A stretch of DNA of 64,000 nucleotides from NCBI GenBank assembly GCA_964463045.1, contig CAYXAU010000001.1, positions 72,524-136,523 on the forward strand, read 5' to 3'. The notes beneath the pieces are model-generated. The model saw nothing but the letters and a program-made list of their open reading frames with translations, ran no database searches and was not told the origin of the DNA. Made by a program: the position numbers and the translations under genes. The DNA comes from an uncultured Candidatus Sumerlaeota bacterium (GTDB lineage Bacteria > Sumerlaeota > Sumerlaeia > MVZB01 > JAJFLK01). Shown piece by piece: positions 55,457 to 63,563 of the stretch. Numbering within the stretch: the first letter of the stretch is position 1; every line of letters begins with the position of its first letter.

Positions 55457-57991
55457 TCACGTCCGCCCATTGTCGGCCATCATTTCGAGAAAGGCCTTGA
55501 CTATGTCGGGGTCGAAATGAGAGCCGGCCCCCGAGGCGATGTGCTCGCGGATTTTTTCGGCCGCCCAGGCGGGCCGATACGGCCGGTCGGAATGGAGCGC
55601 GTCCCAGACGTCCACGACGGCAAAAATCCGCGCCGCCAGGGGAATCTGGTCCCCCTTCAACCCCCGGGGATACCCCTTGCCGTCCCACCGCTCATGGTGG
55701 CAATAGGGAATGTCCAGCGCCGGTCGAAGATAAGCGATAGGGGAGAGGAGCGCGTGGGCGTAGTCGGGGTGCTTGCGCATGATGATCCATTCGTCGTCGG
55801 TCAGGGGCCCGGGCTTGAGGAGAATGCTGTCCGGAATCCCCATCTTGCCGATGTCGTGGAGCAACGCCCCGCGGCGGATCTGGACCAGTTCGGCGCTGGC
55901 GATCCCCATCCGCCCGGCCAGCCGGACGGTCATTTCCGTGACCCGCTCGGTGTGCCCTTCGGTCTCCTTGTCGCGCAGATCGAGCGCGCGGGACCAGCCC
56001 AGGAGCGTCGTTTCGTAGGCCAAGGAGAGATCGGCGTTGGACCGCTGGAGATTCTCAAAAAGGGTCGCGTTATCGATCGCGATCGCGGCCTGACCGGCCA
56101 GCGCTTCCAGAAATTCGATCCATTCCTCGTCGGGCCGGAGCTCCGAGCGGTGAAAAATTTCCATCACCCCCGCGATCAGCCCCTTGGTCACCAATGGGAC
56201 GCCGCAGTAGGCGATAAATCCTTCCCCCTTCAGCGTGGCCAGGCGTTCGTGCGCCGCCGGATCGCCGTCGGCCCCGACCCAGAAGTCGGCCCGTTGACGT
56301 TCCAGGGCCACCCGGCCGGGAAGGCCTTCCCCCAGCCGGAAGCTCGATCGCCGGATCGCCTCACCGGTGAAGCCTCGACCGGCGCTGTAATCGAGGTTCA
56401 ACGTATGGGGATTGAGCAGCAAGACGGCCGCGGCGTCGACCCCGAGCTGATTGACGACTTGATCTAGGACGACGCTCAGGGTGACGCGAAGATCAAGACT
56501 CCCGCTGATGGCCAGGTCGATCCGTCGGAGCGCCCCGAGGCGATTCAGTTGGCGACGTATTTTTTCTTCGGCCCGCCGCCGGGGGGTGACGTCCTCGATG
56601 GTTCCTTCAAATTGAAGATTCGCAGGGCGGCTGTCGACATGGGCGCGGATGTTGGCTGAGAGCCAGATCGGGCCCCCGTCTTTCCGCCGCGCCTCGAACT
56701 CGAAGGCCTTGAGACTCCCCTCGGCGCGCAGGCCGCGCAGAAACTCCTCGTAGCGGTGGGGATCGAGGAAGAGTTCCTTACCGACGTTCTTCACCCTGGA
56801 GATCAGTTCCCTGGGCGATTCGTAACCCAGGATGCGCGCCAGCGCCTCGTTGGCCACGAGGAATCCGTCGTCGGCCACCGCCTGGAAAATCCCCTCAACC
56901 GAGTTCTCGAAGATTGAACGATAACGTTCCTCGGCCTGCCTCAGACGTTGAACCAACGAGGCCTCGGCGATCGTGGGGGCGGCCAGGCCGGCCAGGAGAT
57001 TGAGCGCCTTCACGTGACGCAGCGTAAAGGCCCGCGCCCGTTTCGTGGCGTTGACGTTGAGCACGCCGACCAGGTTCCCCCCGGTCATCAGGGGCACCGA
57101 AATGGCCGAGTGAACCTCCGGCCGCGGCGCCTCCGGCTCAAATCGATCGTCGTCCACTTTGCCCTGCAAGAGCACCGCCTGGCGCGTCCGGGCGACCCAA
57201 CCCGCGATGCCCGCTTCGATCGGCACGCGGTGGCCGAGAATTTGTTGGCGCGCCTCGCCCCGGATGGCGACGACCGTCAGTTGATCCTCCCCCGGCAGCG
57301 GCATCATCACCGAGACTTCGTCCGCCTCGACCTGCTGGAGCGCCGCCTCGGCCACGCGGCCCACGATCGTGTTGGGGTCCAGCGTGAAGGCGATCGCCTG
57401 GCAGAGTTGATAGACGCCGACCGTCTCGCGCAGCTCCAGGTTTTCCTGCCGGAGCCGCCGGACCTCCGTCGCTCGCGTCAACAACGGCAAGAGCCCCGCC
57501 AGTTTGAACGGCTTGAGGATATAATCGAACGCCCCCCGCTTCATCGCTTCGACGGCCGTCTGGACGGTCCCCTGGCCGGTCATCATGATCATGACCAGGT
57601 CCTGATCCATCTCCAAAGCCGCCTTCATCACGGTCAGCCCGTCCATCCCCGGCATCATGAGGTCGACCATCAGGATGTCGAAGGCTTCAGCCTTGAGCGT
57701 CTCCAGCGCCTGCCGCCCGTTATCGAATCCGCGCGTTTCGTAACCCTGACGCGCCAACGCCTCGACGAGGGTCACCATCAGCTCTCTCTCGTCGTCCACG
57801 ACGAGAATGCGTCCGAGGGGGGCCGCCGCCGGCGCGCCCTCCGGGACGGCGGCCCCCGGCGCCGACCGGCGGGCCTGATGCCCGATCACGATCGGGTCGG
57901 TCGTCGCCGATTTCGGGATTTCCCCCCCCGAAGGGTTCATGTCGGGCCCGGTCATCTTCGTTCCCCTTCCCGCCAGCGCGTCGGCTTTCAT
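55457..57991 (-). CDS. Response regulator with REC-GAF-PAS-GAF-HD-GYP architecture (c-di-GMP phosphodiesterase type).
   Basis: The receiver is ILVVDDERELM...DLMMPGMDG. Two GAF-like regions and a PAS motif (YRSIFENSVEGIF) follow. The C-terminus carries LLHDIGKMGIP ... HHERWDGKGYPRGL (HD and GYP motifs). Confidence 0.85.
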   Translation of the reverse strand: MKADALAGRGTKMTGPDMNPSGGEIPKSATTDPIVIGHQARRSAPGAAVPEGAPAAAPLGRILVVDDERELMVTLVEALARQGYETRGFDNGRQALETLKAEAFDILMVDLMMPGMDGLTVMKAALEMDQDLVMIMMTGQGTVQTAVEAMKRGAFDYILKPFKLAGLLPLLTRATEVRRLRQENLELRETVGVYQLCQAIAFTLDPNTIVGRVAEAALQQVEADEVSVMMPLPGEDQLTVVAIRGEARQQILGHRVPIEAGIAGWVARTRQAVLLQGKVDDDRFEPEAPRPEVHSAISVPLMTGGNLVGVLNVNATKRARAFTLRHVKALNLLAGLAAPTIAEASLVQRLRQAEERYRSIFENSVEGIFQAVADDGFLVANEALARILGYESPRELISRVKNVGKELFLDPHRYEEFLRGLRAEGSLKAFEFEARRKDGGPIWLSANIRAHVDSRPANLQFEGTIEDVTPRRRAEEKIRRQLNRLGALRRIDLAISGSLDLRVTLSVVLDQVVNQLGVDAAAVLLLNPHTLNLDYSAGRGFTGEAIRRSSFRLGEGLPGRVALERQRADFWVGADGDPAAHERLATLKGEGFIAYCGVPLVTKGLIAGVMEIFHRSELRPDEEWIEFLEALAGQAAIAIDNATLFENLQRSNADLSLAYETTLLGWSRALDLRDKETEGHTERVTEMTVRLAGRMGIASAELVQIRRGALLHDIGKMGIPDSILLKPGPLTDDEWIIMRKHPDYAHALLSPIAYLRPALDIPYCHHERWDGKGYPRGLKGDQIPLAARIFAVVDVWDALHSDRPYRPAWAAEKIREHIASGAGSHFDPDIVKAFLEMMADNGRT

Positions 57992-59025
57992 TCAAAATCC
58001 TTCCAGGAGGAGTTGTTCCCATTGTGCGACATCGGCAGAACGACCCGCACGGTCGTTCCCTGGCTCACTTGGCTCAGAACCTCGATCGATCCGCCGTGCT
58101 CGGTCACAATCCGGCGGCAGATGGCCAGGCCGAGGCCCGTCCCCTGCCCCTCCGGCTTGGTCGTGAAGAACGGTTCCATCACCTGGGCGAGGGCCTCCGG
58201 CGGGATGCCCACGCCGTCGTCGATGAATTCGATCGTGTAGGCTGAGGGCATCCCCCCGGTCGCCGGAGCGCGCTCGGGGCTGTCGCCAGGCCTTTCGGCG
58301 ATCCGGATTTCGAGGACGCCTCCGTCGTTCATCGCGTCGGCCGCGTTGAGAATGATATTGAGGAAGACCTGGCGGAGCTGTTCTCGGTCGGCCAGCACCA
58401 TGGCCGGTCGTTCCGGATCGATGCGTTTGACGCTGACCCGCCGCTTGCGCAGGTGGTACTGGATCAATTCGAGCGTTCGGCCGACCTCCTCGCGCAAGTC
58501 GACCGTGGAGATCTGGCGCTCGCCCCGCCGGCCGAATTGCAGCAGGTTCGCCACCAATTGGCTCATCCGATCCAGCTCGGCTTCCATGATCCTCAACGGC
58601 TCTCGCGCCGGATCGTCCTCCGGTGTTTGTCCCAGCAGACCCTCCACCCGGAGCGTCACCGTCCCCAGCGGATTGTTGAGTTCGTGGGCGATGCTGGCGG
58701 CCAGCTCCCCGATCGCGGCGAGTTTGGAAGCGTGCCAGAGCTGGCCCGAAATGCTGCGCAGCTCTTCATTCTTGGCTTCGAGCTGGGCCGTCCGCTCCAC
58801 CACCCGATCTTCGAGCTCGATGGTCAACTGCAGGAGCTCGGAATTGCTCCTTTGCAACTCCTCTTGCAGCGCGCGTAGCTCGGCCGTGCGTTCCTCGACG
58901 CGCCGCTCCAGCTCAAGCGTCAGGGCGAGCAAGCCGCGATTGGTCTCGGCGAGCTCCTGTTCCAGCTCGACGATCCGGCGGCCGGCCTCTTCCAGCGTCG
59001 CGAGCGTCTCCGGGGCGGCCATCAT
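57988..59025 (-). CDS. Cytoplasmic sensor histidine kinase (coiled-coil, HisKA, HATPase_c).
   Basis: Heptad-rich N-terminus. SIAHELNNPL is the H-box. The N, G1 and G2 boxes are NIILNAADAM, DDGVGI and GTGLGLAI. Its stop overlaps the start of the HD-GYP regulator (ATGA). Confidence 0.85.
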   Translation of the reverse strand: MMAAPETLATLEEAGRRIVELEQELAETNRGLLALTLELERRVEERTAELRALQEELQRSNSELLQLTIELEDRVVERTAQLEAKNEELRSISGQLWHASKLAAIGELAASIAHELNNPLGTVTLRVEGLLGQTPEDDPAREPLRIMEAELDRMSQLVANLLQFGRRGERQISTVDLREEVGRTLELIQYHLRKRRVSVKRIDPERPAMVLADREQLRQVFLNIILNAADAMNDGGVLEIRIAERPGDSPERAPATGGMPSAYTIEFIDDGVGIPPEALAQVMEPFFTTKPEGQGTGLGLAICRRIVTEHGGSIEVLSQVSQGTTVRVVLPMSHNGNNSSWKDFE

Positions 59026-60065
59026 GCGGCGCTCTTGACGACCAGGACGGTCGCGTCGTCATCGTCGCGCCCGAGGCGCTTAAGCAGCGTTTCGGCGATC
59101 CGCGCCGCCGGGGCATCCCGCAGGCCGGGGAAGTCCGTCCACTTCCAGCGGGGGTCAAGCCCGTCGGAGGCCAGGATGAGCATATCGCCGGGGACCCAGA
59201 GAGAATCGAGCGGTCGGGGCAGCGTGCTCGAAAAGCCGACGATGCCTCGAGGGAACGAAAGATGTGACGTCTCCTCGGCGCGAGCGAAGCGGACCTCGAC
59301 GTTGCCCAGGGCCGCCACGCTCAGCCGGACCCCGCCGACCGGCAGCGCCGTCGGCTCGGCGACCTCAAATCGGGCGACGGCCATGACGACCCCCCGCGTG
59401 GGCCGGCAGGCGCGCGCCGTCCCTCGAAAGAGCGCCTCGACGGGCTCCTCCCGATGCATCTCCAGATAGTGACGCGCCGTCTCAGCGGCCCGGTGAGCAA
59501 AGGCCCCGTGGCCGAGACCGTCCACTACGCCCGCCAACGCCCCTCCCTTCCATCGGCAGGCCACGAAGGAATCCCCGTTGATCGTCATGCCGGCGTGGGG
59601 GCGGGTGGCGACGCCGAAGTGCAGCGGGATCGCCGCGGGGGCCCCCGATCGCCGGTCGTGAATCCAGCGCCGTCCGCGCAGGCGCAGCCCCGCCTCCGCC
59701 CCTTCCCTCAAGCCCACCTCGAGTTCGTCCAACAGCCGGTTGACGGCCCCCAAGCCGCATCCGAGGCTGCCCGTCGTCGTAAAGCCGTCGCCGATCGCCG
59801 CTTCGGGATCGGCGAGACCGGGCCCCTCGTCGGTCGCTTCAATCTCCACTCCAGGGTTCCCGTCGCGCTCGACCGGACGGAGCGCCAAGGCGCCGCGGCG
59901 GGCGTGCTTGACGATGTTGGAAGCCAATTCGGAGATGACGATGGCGATCTCCTCGGCTTCGGGTTCGTCAAAGCCGATCCGAGAGGCGAGCTCGCGCCCG
60001 GCGCGGCGCGCTTCAGCGGCGTCGGCCCGATTGGCGATTTCGAAATCATGCGCTTCGGGTTTCAT
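59022..60065 (-). CDS. Fusion of an RsbW/RsbT-like HATPase_c (anti-sigma kinase-type) N-domain with a PP2C (SpoIIE/RsbX-like) phosphatase C-domain.
   Basis: Start set at the internal ATG (MKPEAHDFEI...). The N-domain EEIAIVISELASNIVKHA ... DEGPGL is GHKL-type. The C-domain GDSFVACRW...DGLGHG...ILASDGL carries the PP2C metal-binding Asp. The track ORF extends 153 codons further upstream through a low-complexity Arg/Gly-rich region. Confidence 0.7.
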   Translation of the reverse strand: MKPEAHDFEIANRADAAEARRAGRELASRIGFDEPEAEEIAIVISELASNIVKHARRGALALRPVERDGNPGVEIEATDEGPGLADPEAAIGDGFTTTGSLGCGLGAVNRLLDELEVGLREGAEAGLRLRGRRWIHDRRSGAPAAIPLHFGVATRPHAGMTINGDSFVACRWKGGALAGVVDGLGHGAFAHRAAETARHYLEMHREEPVEALFRGTARACRPTRGVVMAVARFEVAEPTALPVGGVRLSVAALGNVEVRFARAEETSHLSFPRGIVGFSSTLPRPLDSLWVPGDMLILASDGLDPRWKWTDFPGLRDAPAARIAETLLKRLGRDDDDATVLVVKSAA

Positions 60066-60190
60066 CCACCTTTTTCCGTCACGAATTCTGCGTCTCCGTC
60101 GGGCGCGATCCCCGATGACGCCCGGAAAGATCGCGCGGGGGCGCGCCCGGGGCGACGCGAGAGGGGCTCCGCCACCCCGCGGCGTCGCGA

Positions 60191-60619
60191 TCACGCCCTC
60201 AGCCATTTTCTCAACGTAATGCGCGTCCCCTTGCCGGCCTCGGTCTGGATCTCCATCTGGTCCATGAGCCGGCGCGCGCCCGGAAGGCCCAGCCCCAACC
60301 CCCCCGAGGTCGAGAACCCCTCTTCCAGCGCCCGATCGATATCGGCTATGCCCGGCCCGGCGTCCTCGAACGACAGTTCCAGGGCCGTGCGGCCGTTCTC
60401 CTCGAAGGCCCGCATCCGCATCGTCCCCTCGCCCGCGTAAAGGAAGATGTTGCGGGCGAGTTCGGAGGCCGCCGTCACGATGCGCGTTACGTCGGTCAGG
60501 CCGAAGCCGATCGCTCGGGCCCATTCCCGAACGGACCGTCGCGCCGCCACGATGTCCCCCTCGGCGCGGATCACCACCTCCGGCGGCAGCGCCTGGTCAA
60601 CCATGGAGAGTCCATCCAT
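60191..60619 (-). CDS. RsbT-like anti-sigma regulatory kinase (GHKL ATPase).
   Basis: 142 aa. Motifs are AASELARNIFLYA, FEDAGPGI and GGLGLGL. Confidence 0.8.
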   Translation of the reverse strand: MDGLSMVDQALPPEVVIRAEGDIVAARRSVREWARAIGFGLTDVTRIVTAASELARNIFLYAGEGTMRMRAFEENGRTALELSFEDAGPGIADIDRALEEGFSTSGGLGLGLPGARRLMDQMEIQTEAGKGTRITLRKWLRA

Positions 60620-60979
60620 TCAGTGAGCGTCCCTGAGGCAGGCCAGGGCATGGTCGGCGTCGAGCGCCGTGGCGGCTCCGCCGAGAGTCAGGCCGAGCTG
60701 GGTGGCCGTCAGCGCCACGCTGGGGCGCATGCCGACGATGATCGTGCGGCCCCCCATGAGGGCCACCATCCGGCCGGTTTCGGCCACGGTCCGGGCGAAG
60801 AATGAATCGAGCGTTTCGACGGAGGAAATGTCGAGCACCAGCCCCCGGGCTTCAAAACGCTCCATCGCCTGGAGCGTATCTTCCTGCAGCGCCGTCACCG
60901 TCCGATCATCCGGATCGGGCGGCATCGTCACCATCAGCACGTCCCCCACCTTGACCACCGAGATCGCGACGTTAGACAT
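60620..60979 (-). CDS. STAS-domain protein (RsbS-like anti-sigma-factor antagonist).
   Basis: 119 aa. The GLVLDISSVETLDSFFART region holds the phosphorylatable Ser. It sits directly upstream of the RsbT-like gene. Confidence 0.8.
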   Translation of the reverse strand: MSNVAISVVKVGDVLMVTMPPDPDDRTVTALQEDTLQAMERFEARGLVLDISSVETLDSFFARTVAETGRMVALMGGRTIIVGMRPSVALTATQLGLTLGGAATALDADHALACLRDAH

Positions 60980-61023
60980 GGCCTTTTACCTCCCTGGCGG
61001 GGACGTCGCCACAGCCCGGGTCC

Positions 61024-61983
61024 TTATGGAGCGGCGGCCGCCGTGGCCGCCAGTTGGTGGGAATTTGCCCGTTGGAGCTGGAAGCCCAGCACGTCCAGCC
61101 CCATCTGAAGCCCCGATCGCAGCGAGGGGCGCGTCGTGACTTGAGGCAGGTCGATCCCCAGATGGACGAGCGTCTGGGCGATCGACGGGCGCACGCCGGT
61201 CAGGATCGCCTGCGCGCCCAGGAGCCGCACGGCCGTGATGCACTCGACCAGATGGCGCGCCGTCTGCGTGTCGATGGCCGGCACGCCCGTGATGTCGATC
61301 AGCGCCACCGGCGAGTTCGTCTCGACGACCTTTTCGAGCAGCCGCTCCATGAACTGTTGGGTCCGCTCGCTGTCGAGCGTGCCGATGAGCGGGGCGACGA
61401 TGATCCCCTCCCAGATCTGAATCACGGGCGTCGAGAGCTCCAGAATCTCGCGCGCCTGGCGGGAGATCACCTCTTCGGCGGCCAGGAAATAGGCCGTCGA
61501 GGTCAGCTCTTTGTCCAGGGACACGATCTTGATGACGGCCAGGAGGGCGCGCATGGCCTTGGCGGAGTCCTTCTCCAGGGCGCGATGAATCCGGGGCAGG
61601 AGCATCTGAAGATAGATTGAGTATTCGGCCATCGACCAGCGGAGCGACATCCCGAGACGTTGGTGCCCGCGTCCGAATTCGATCCGGTCGAGCAGATAGC
61701 CCTCGCCGTACTCGCCGCCCGTCAGGCCCCGGAACGACCGTCGCAGGGCCTCTTTGGAGTTGTTCAAAATGGTCTCGTTGTGGAAGAGCGCCCGGGCTTC
61801 ATCGTATTTCATGAAGCGGGCATAGATTTCCTTGACGATCTCCTCGACGCACCCGTCGGCGGTGGGCCGCACCTCCCGGAGCAAGGCCACGTCGTCGTCG
61901 GTGAATCCGACGAAGCTTTTACGGCTCTCCCACTCTTTCAGAGTGATCGCGCCGCTGGACCGCGCTTTTGTCTCCGTGACCAT
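61024..61983 (-). CDS. RsbR-like stressosome scaffold: N-terminal non-haem globin sensor domain plus C-terminal STAS domain.
   Basis: The N-terminus FTDDDVALLREVRPTADGCVEEIVKEIYARFMKYDEARALF is the globin-coupled-sensor type. The C-terminus VIQIWEGIIVAPLIGTLDSERTQQFMERLL...VALIDITGV is STAS. ATG at 61983. Confidence 0.8.
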   Translation of the reverse strand: MVTETKARSSGAITLKEWESRKSFVGFTDDDVALLREVRPTADGCVEEIVKEIYARFMKYDEARALFHNETILNNSKEALRRSFRGLTGGEYGEGYLLDRIEFGRGHQRLGMSLRWSMAEYSIYLQMLLPRIHRALEKDSAKAMRALLAVIKIVSLDKELTSTAYFLAAEEVISRQAREILELSTPVIQIWEGIIVAPLIGTLDSERTQQFMERLLEKVVETNSPVALIDITGVPAIDTQTARHLVECITAVRLLGAQAILTGVRPSIAQTLVHLGIDLPQVTTRPSLRSGLQMGLDVLGFQLQRANSHQLAATAAAAP

Positions 61984-62120
61984 GGGACAATCCTCCTCTT
62001 GTTCCCTTCGCGCCCGAGCGATGGATGTAAAGTCCGAACCCGCAACAAACATTCTACGACCGGGCCGTCCCCACCGAGCAAGTAAAATCTATATTAAAAA
62101 AAGTTGTGTTCCTTTTTCGT

Positions 62121-62165
62121 CCTAGGGGTTTTGCCTAAGGGAAACCCTTAGGGAAATTTCCTAGT
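62121..62165. promoter_or_regulatory. AT-rich divergent promoter region containing a nested palindrome (CCTAAGGG-aaa-CCCTTAGG, flanked by CCTAGG).
   Basis: Read directly at 62135-62153. It is flanked by CCTAGG at 62121-62126 and CCTAG at 62161-62165. An unusually AT-rich tract (62086-62120) precedes it. The element lies between the divergent rsbR-like gene and serC. Confidence 0.3.
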
Positions 62166-62360
62166 CCTTTGGTTCGGGACGGGGCGGGTTTTTGGGCTTC
62201 GTTTTCCGGCGGCTCGCCCCCCTCGGGGCCCGGAGTCCCGCCGCCATCGGCCGCTGCGGCCGTCGAAGCGGGGACCCGACCGTGCTATTCTTGCCGATTC
62301 CGGTGGGCCCTCGACGGACCCGGGGAGCCCCGCCGCGAACCCCCTCGGAGCGCGCCCCTT

Positions 62361-63431
62361 ATGTATAACTTCAATCCGGGCCCCGCCGTCCTTCCCGCCG
62401 ACGTCATCGCCGAAATCAAAGAGGACCTTCCCGAATTCAAGGGCTCGGGGGCGTCGATCCTGGAGGCGAGTCATCGCGGGCCCGAATACGAGGCCCTCCA
62501 TTTCGAGGCCGAAGCGAATTTCCGACGCCTCCTTGCCGTCCCCGACGATTACGCCGTCCTCTTTCTGCACGGCGGAGCGAGCCTTCAGTTCGCGATGGTC
62601 CCCATGAACCTGCTTCCCGCCGGAGGGACCGCCGATTACACGGCCTCCGGCGCCTGGGCCGCCCGGGCGATCGAGGAGGCCCGGCGCCTTGGGCGCGTCC
62701 ATCTGGCCGCCGATTGCGAGGCTGAACGTCCGGCGCGCGTTCCCCGCCCGGAGGAGCTGCGCCTGACGCCCGGATCGGCCTACCTCCACATCACGACCAA
62801 CGAGACGATCTCGGGCGCCCAATGGAAGGATGTCCCCGAGACCGGGATTCCGCTCGTGGCCGATATGTCCTCGGACGTCGCCTCGCGCCCGGTGGACATC
62901 GCCCGCTTCGGTTTGATCTACGCCGGCGCGCAGAAAAATCTCGGACCGGCGGGCGTGACCGTCGTCCTCATCCGCCGGGACCTGGCCGAGCGCGCCCCGA
63001 AGAAGCTCCCCGCCATCCTGCGATACGCCACCCACATCGAGCACCGGTCGCTCTACAACACGCCGGCCTGTTTCGCCGTCTATGGCGTCGCTCTCATGAC
63101 GCGCTGGATGATACGCGAGGGGGGGATCGAAGCGATCGCGGCGCGCAATCGCCGCAAGGCGGCGCGTCTCTATGCGGCGATCGACGCCTCCGGCTTCTAC
63201 CGCGGCGTCGCTCATCCGGACTTTCGTTCGGAGATGAACGTGACTTTCCGATTGGCCGGCGAGGCTCAGGAGAAAGCCTTCGTGACCGAAGCTCAGGCCG
63301 CCGGATTCATGGGCCTGAAGGGCCATCGCTCGGTTGGCGGCCTTCGCGCCTCGATTTATAACGCCTTTCCGCTCGAAGGGGTCGAGGCGCTGGTCGAGTT
63401 CATGCGGGACTTCGAGCGGCGCCGGGGCTGA
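62361..63431 (+). CDS. serC: Phosphoserine aminotransferase.
   Basis: MYNFNPGPAVLP, FLHGGASLQF, YAGAQKNLGPAG (PLP-Lys) and GGLRASIYNAFP motifs. 356 aa. Confidence 0.85.
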   Translation: MYNFNPGPAVLPADVIAEIKEDLPEFKGSGASILEASHRGPEYEALHFEAEANFRRLLAVPDDYAVLFLHGGASLQFAMVPMNLLPAGGTADYTASGAWAARAIEEARRLGRVHLAADCEAERPARVPRPEELRLTPGSAYLHITTNETISGAQWKDVPETGIPLVADMSSDVASRPVDIARFGLIYAGAQKNLGPAGVTVVLIRRDLAERAPKKLPAILRYATHIEHRSLYNTPACFAVYGVALMTRWMIREGGIEAIAARNRRKAARLYAAIDASGFYRGVAHPDFRSEMNVTFRLAGEAQEKAFVTEAQAAGFMGLKGHRSVGGLRASIYNAFPLEGVEALVEFMRDFERRRG

Positions 63432-63563
63432 GGCCGGCCGAGGATTCCCTTGCCAAATCCCCTCGCCGGGCGAACATTTTCGAAGGTCCTGACTCGGCGG
63501 CGCGCGGCTATTCCCTGATTCGGGCCTGACCGGTGGCCGACCGCCCAGTCGGGTTCCTGAGGC

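Noticed and set aside
59022-60524. Full 500-aa version of the HATPase-PP2C gene, including the upstream 153 codons.
   Set aside because: The upstream part is Arg/Gly/Pro-rich low complexity and would overlap the RsbT-like gene's stop. The internal ATG at 60065 starts exactly at the GHKL domain and leaves a sensible intergenic gap. I kept the shorter model but flag the uncertainty.
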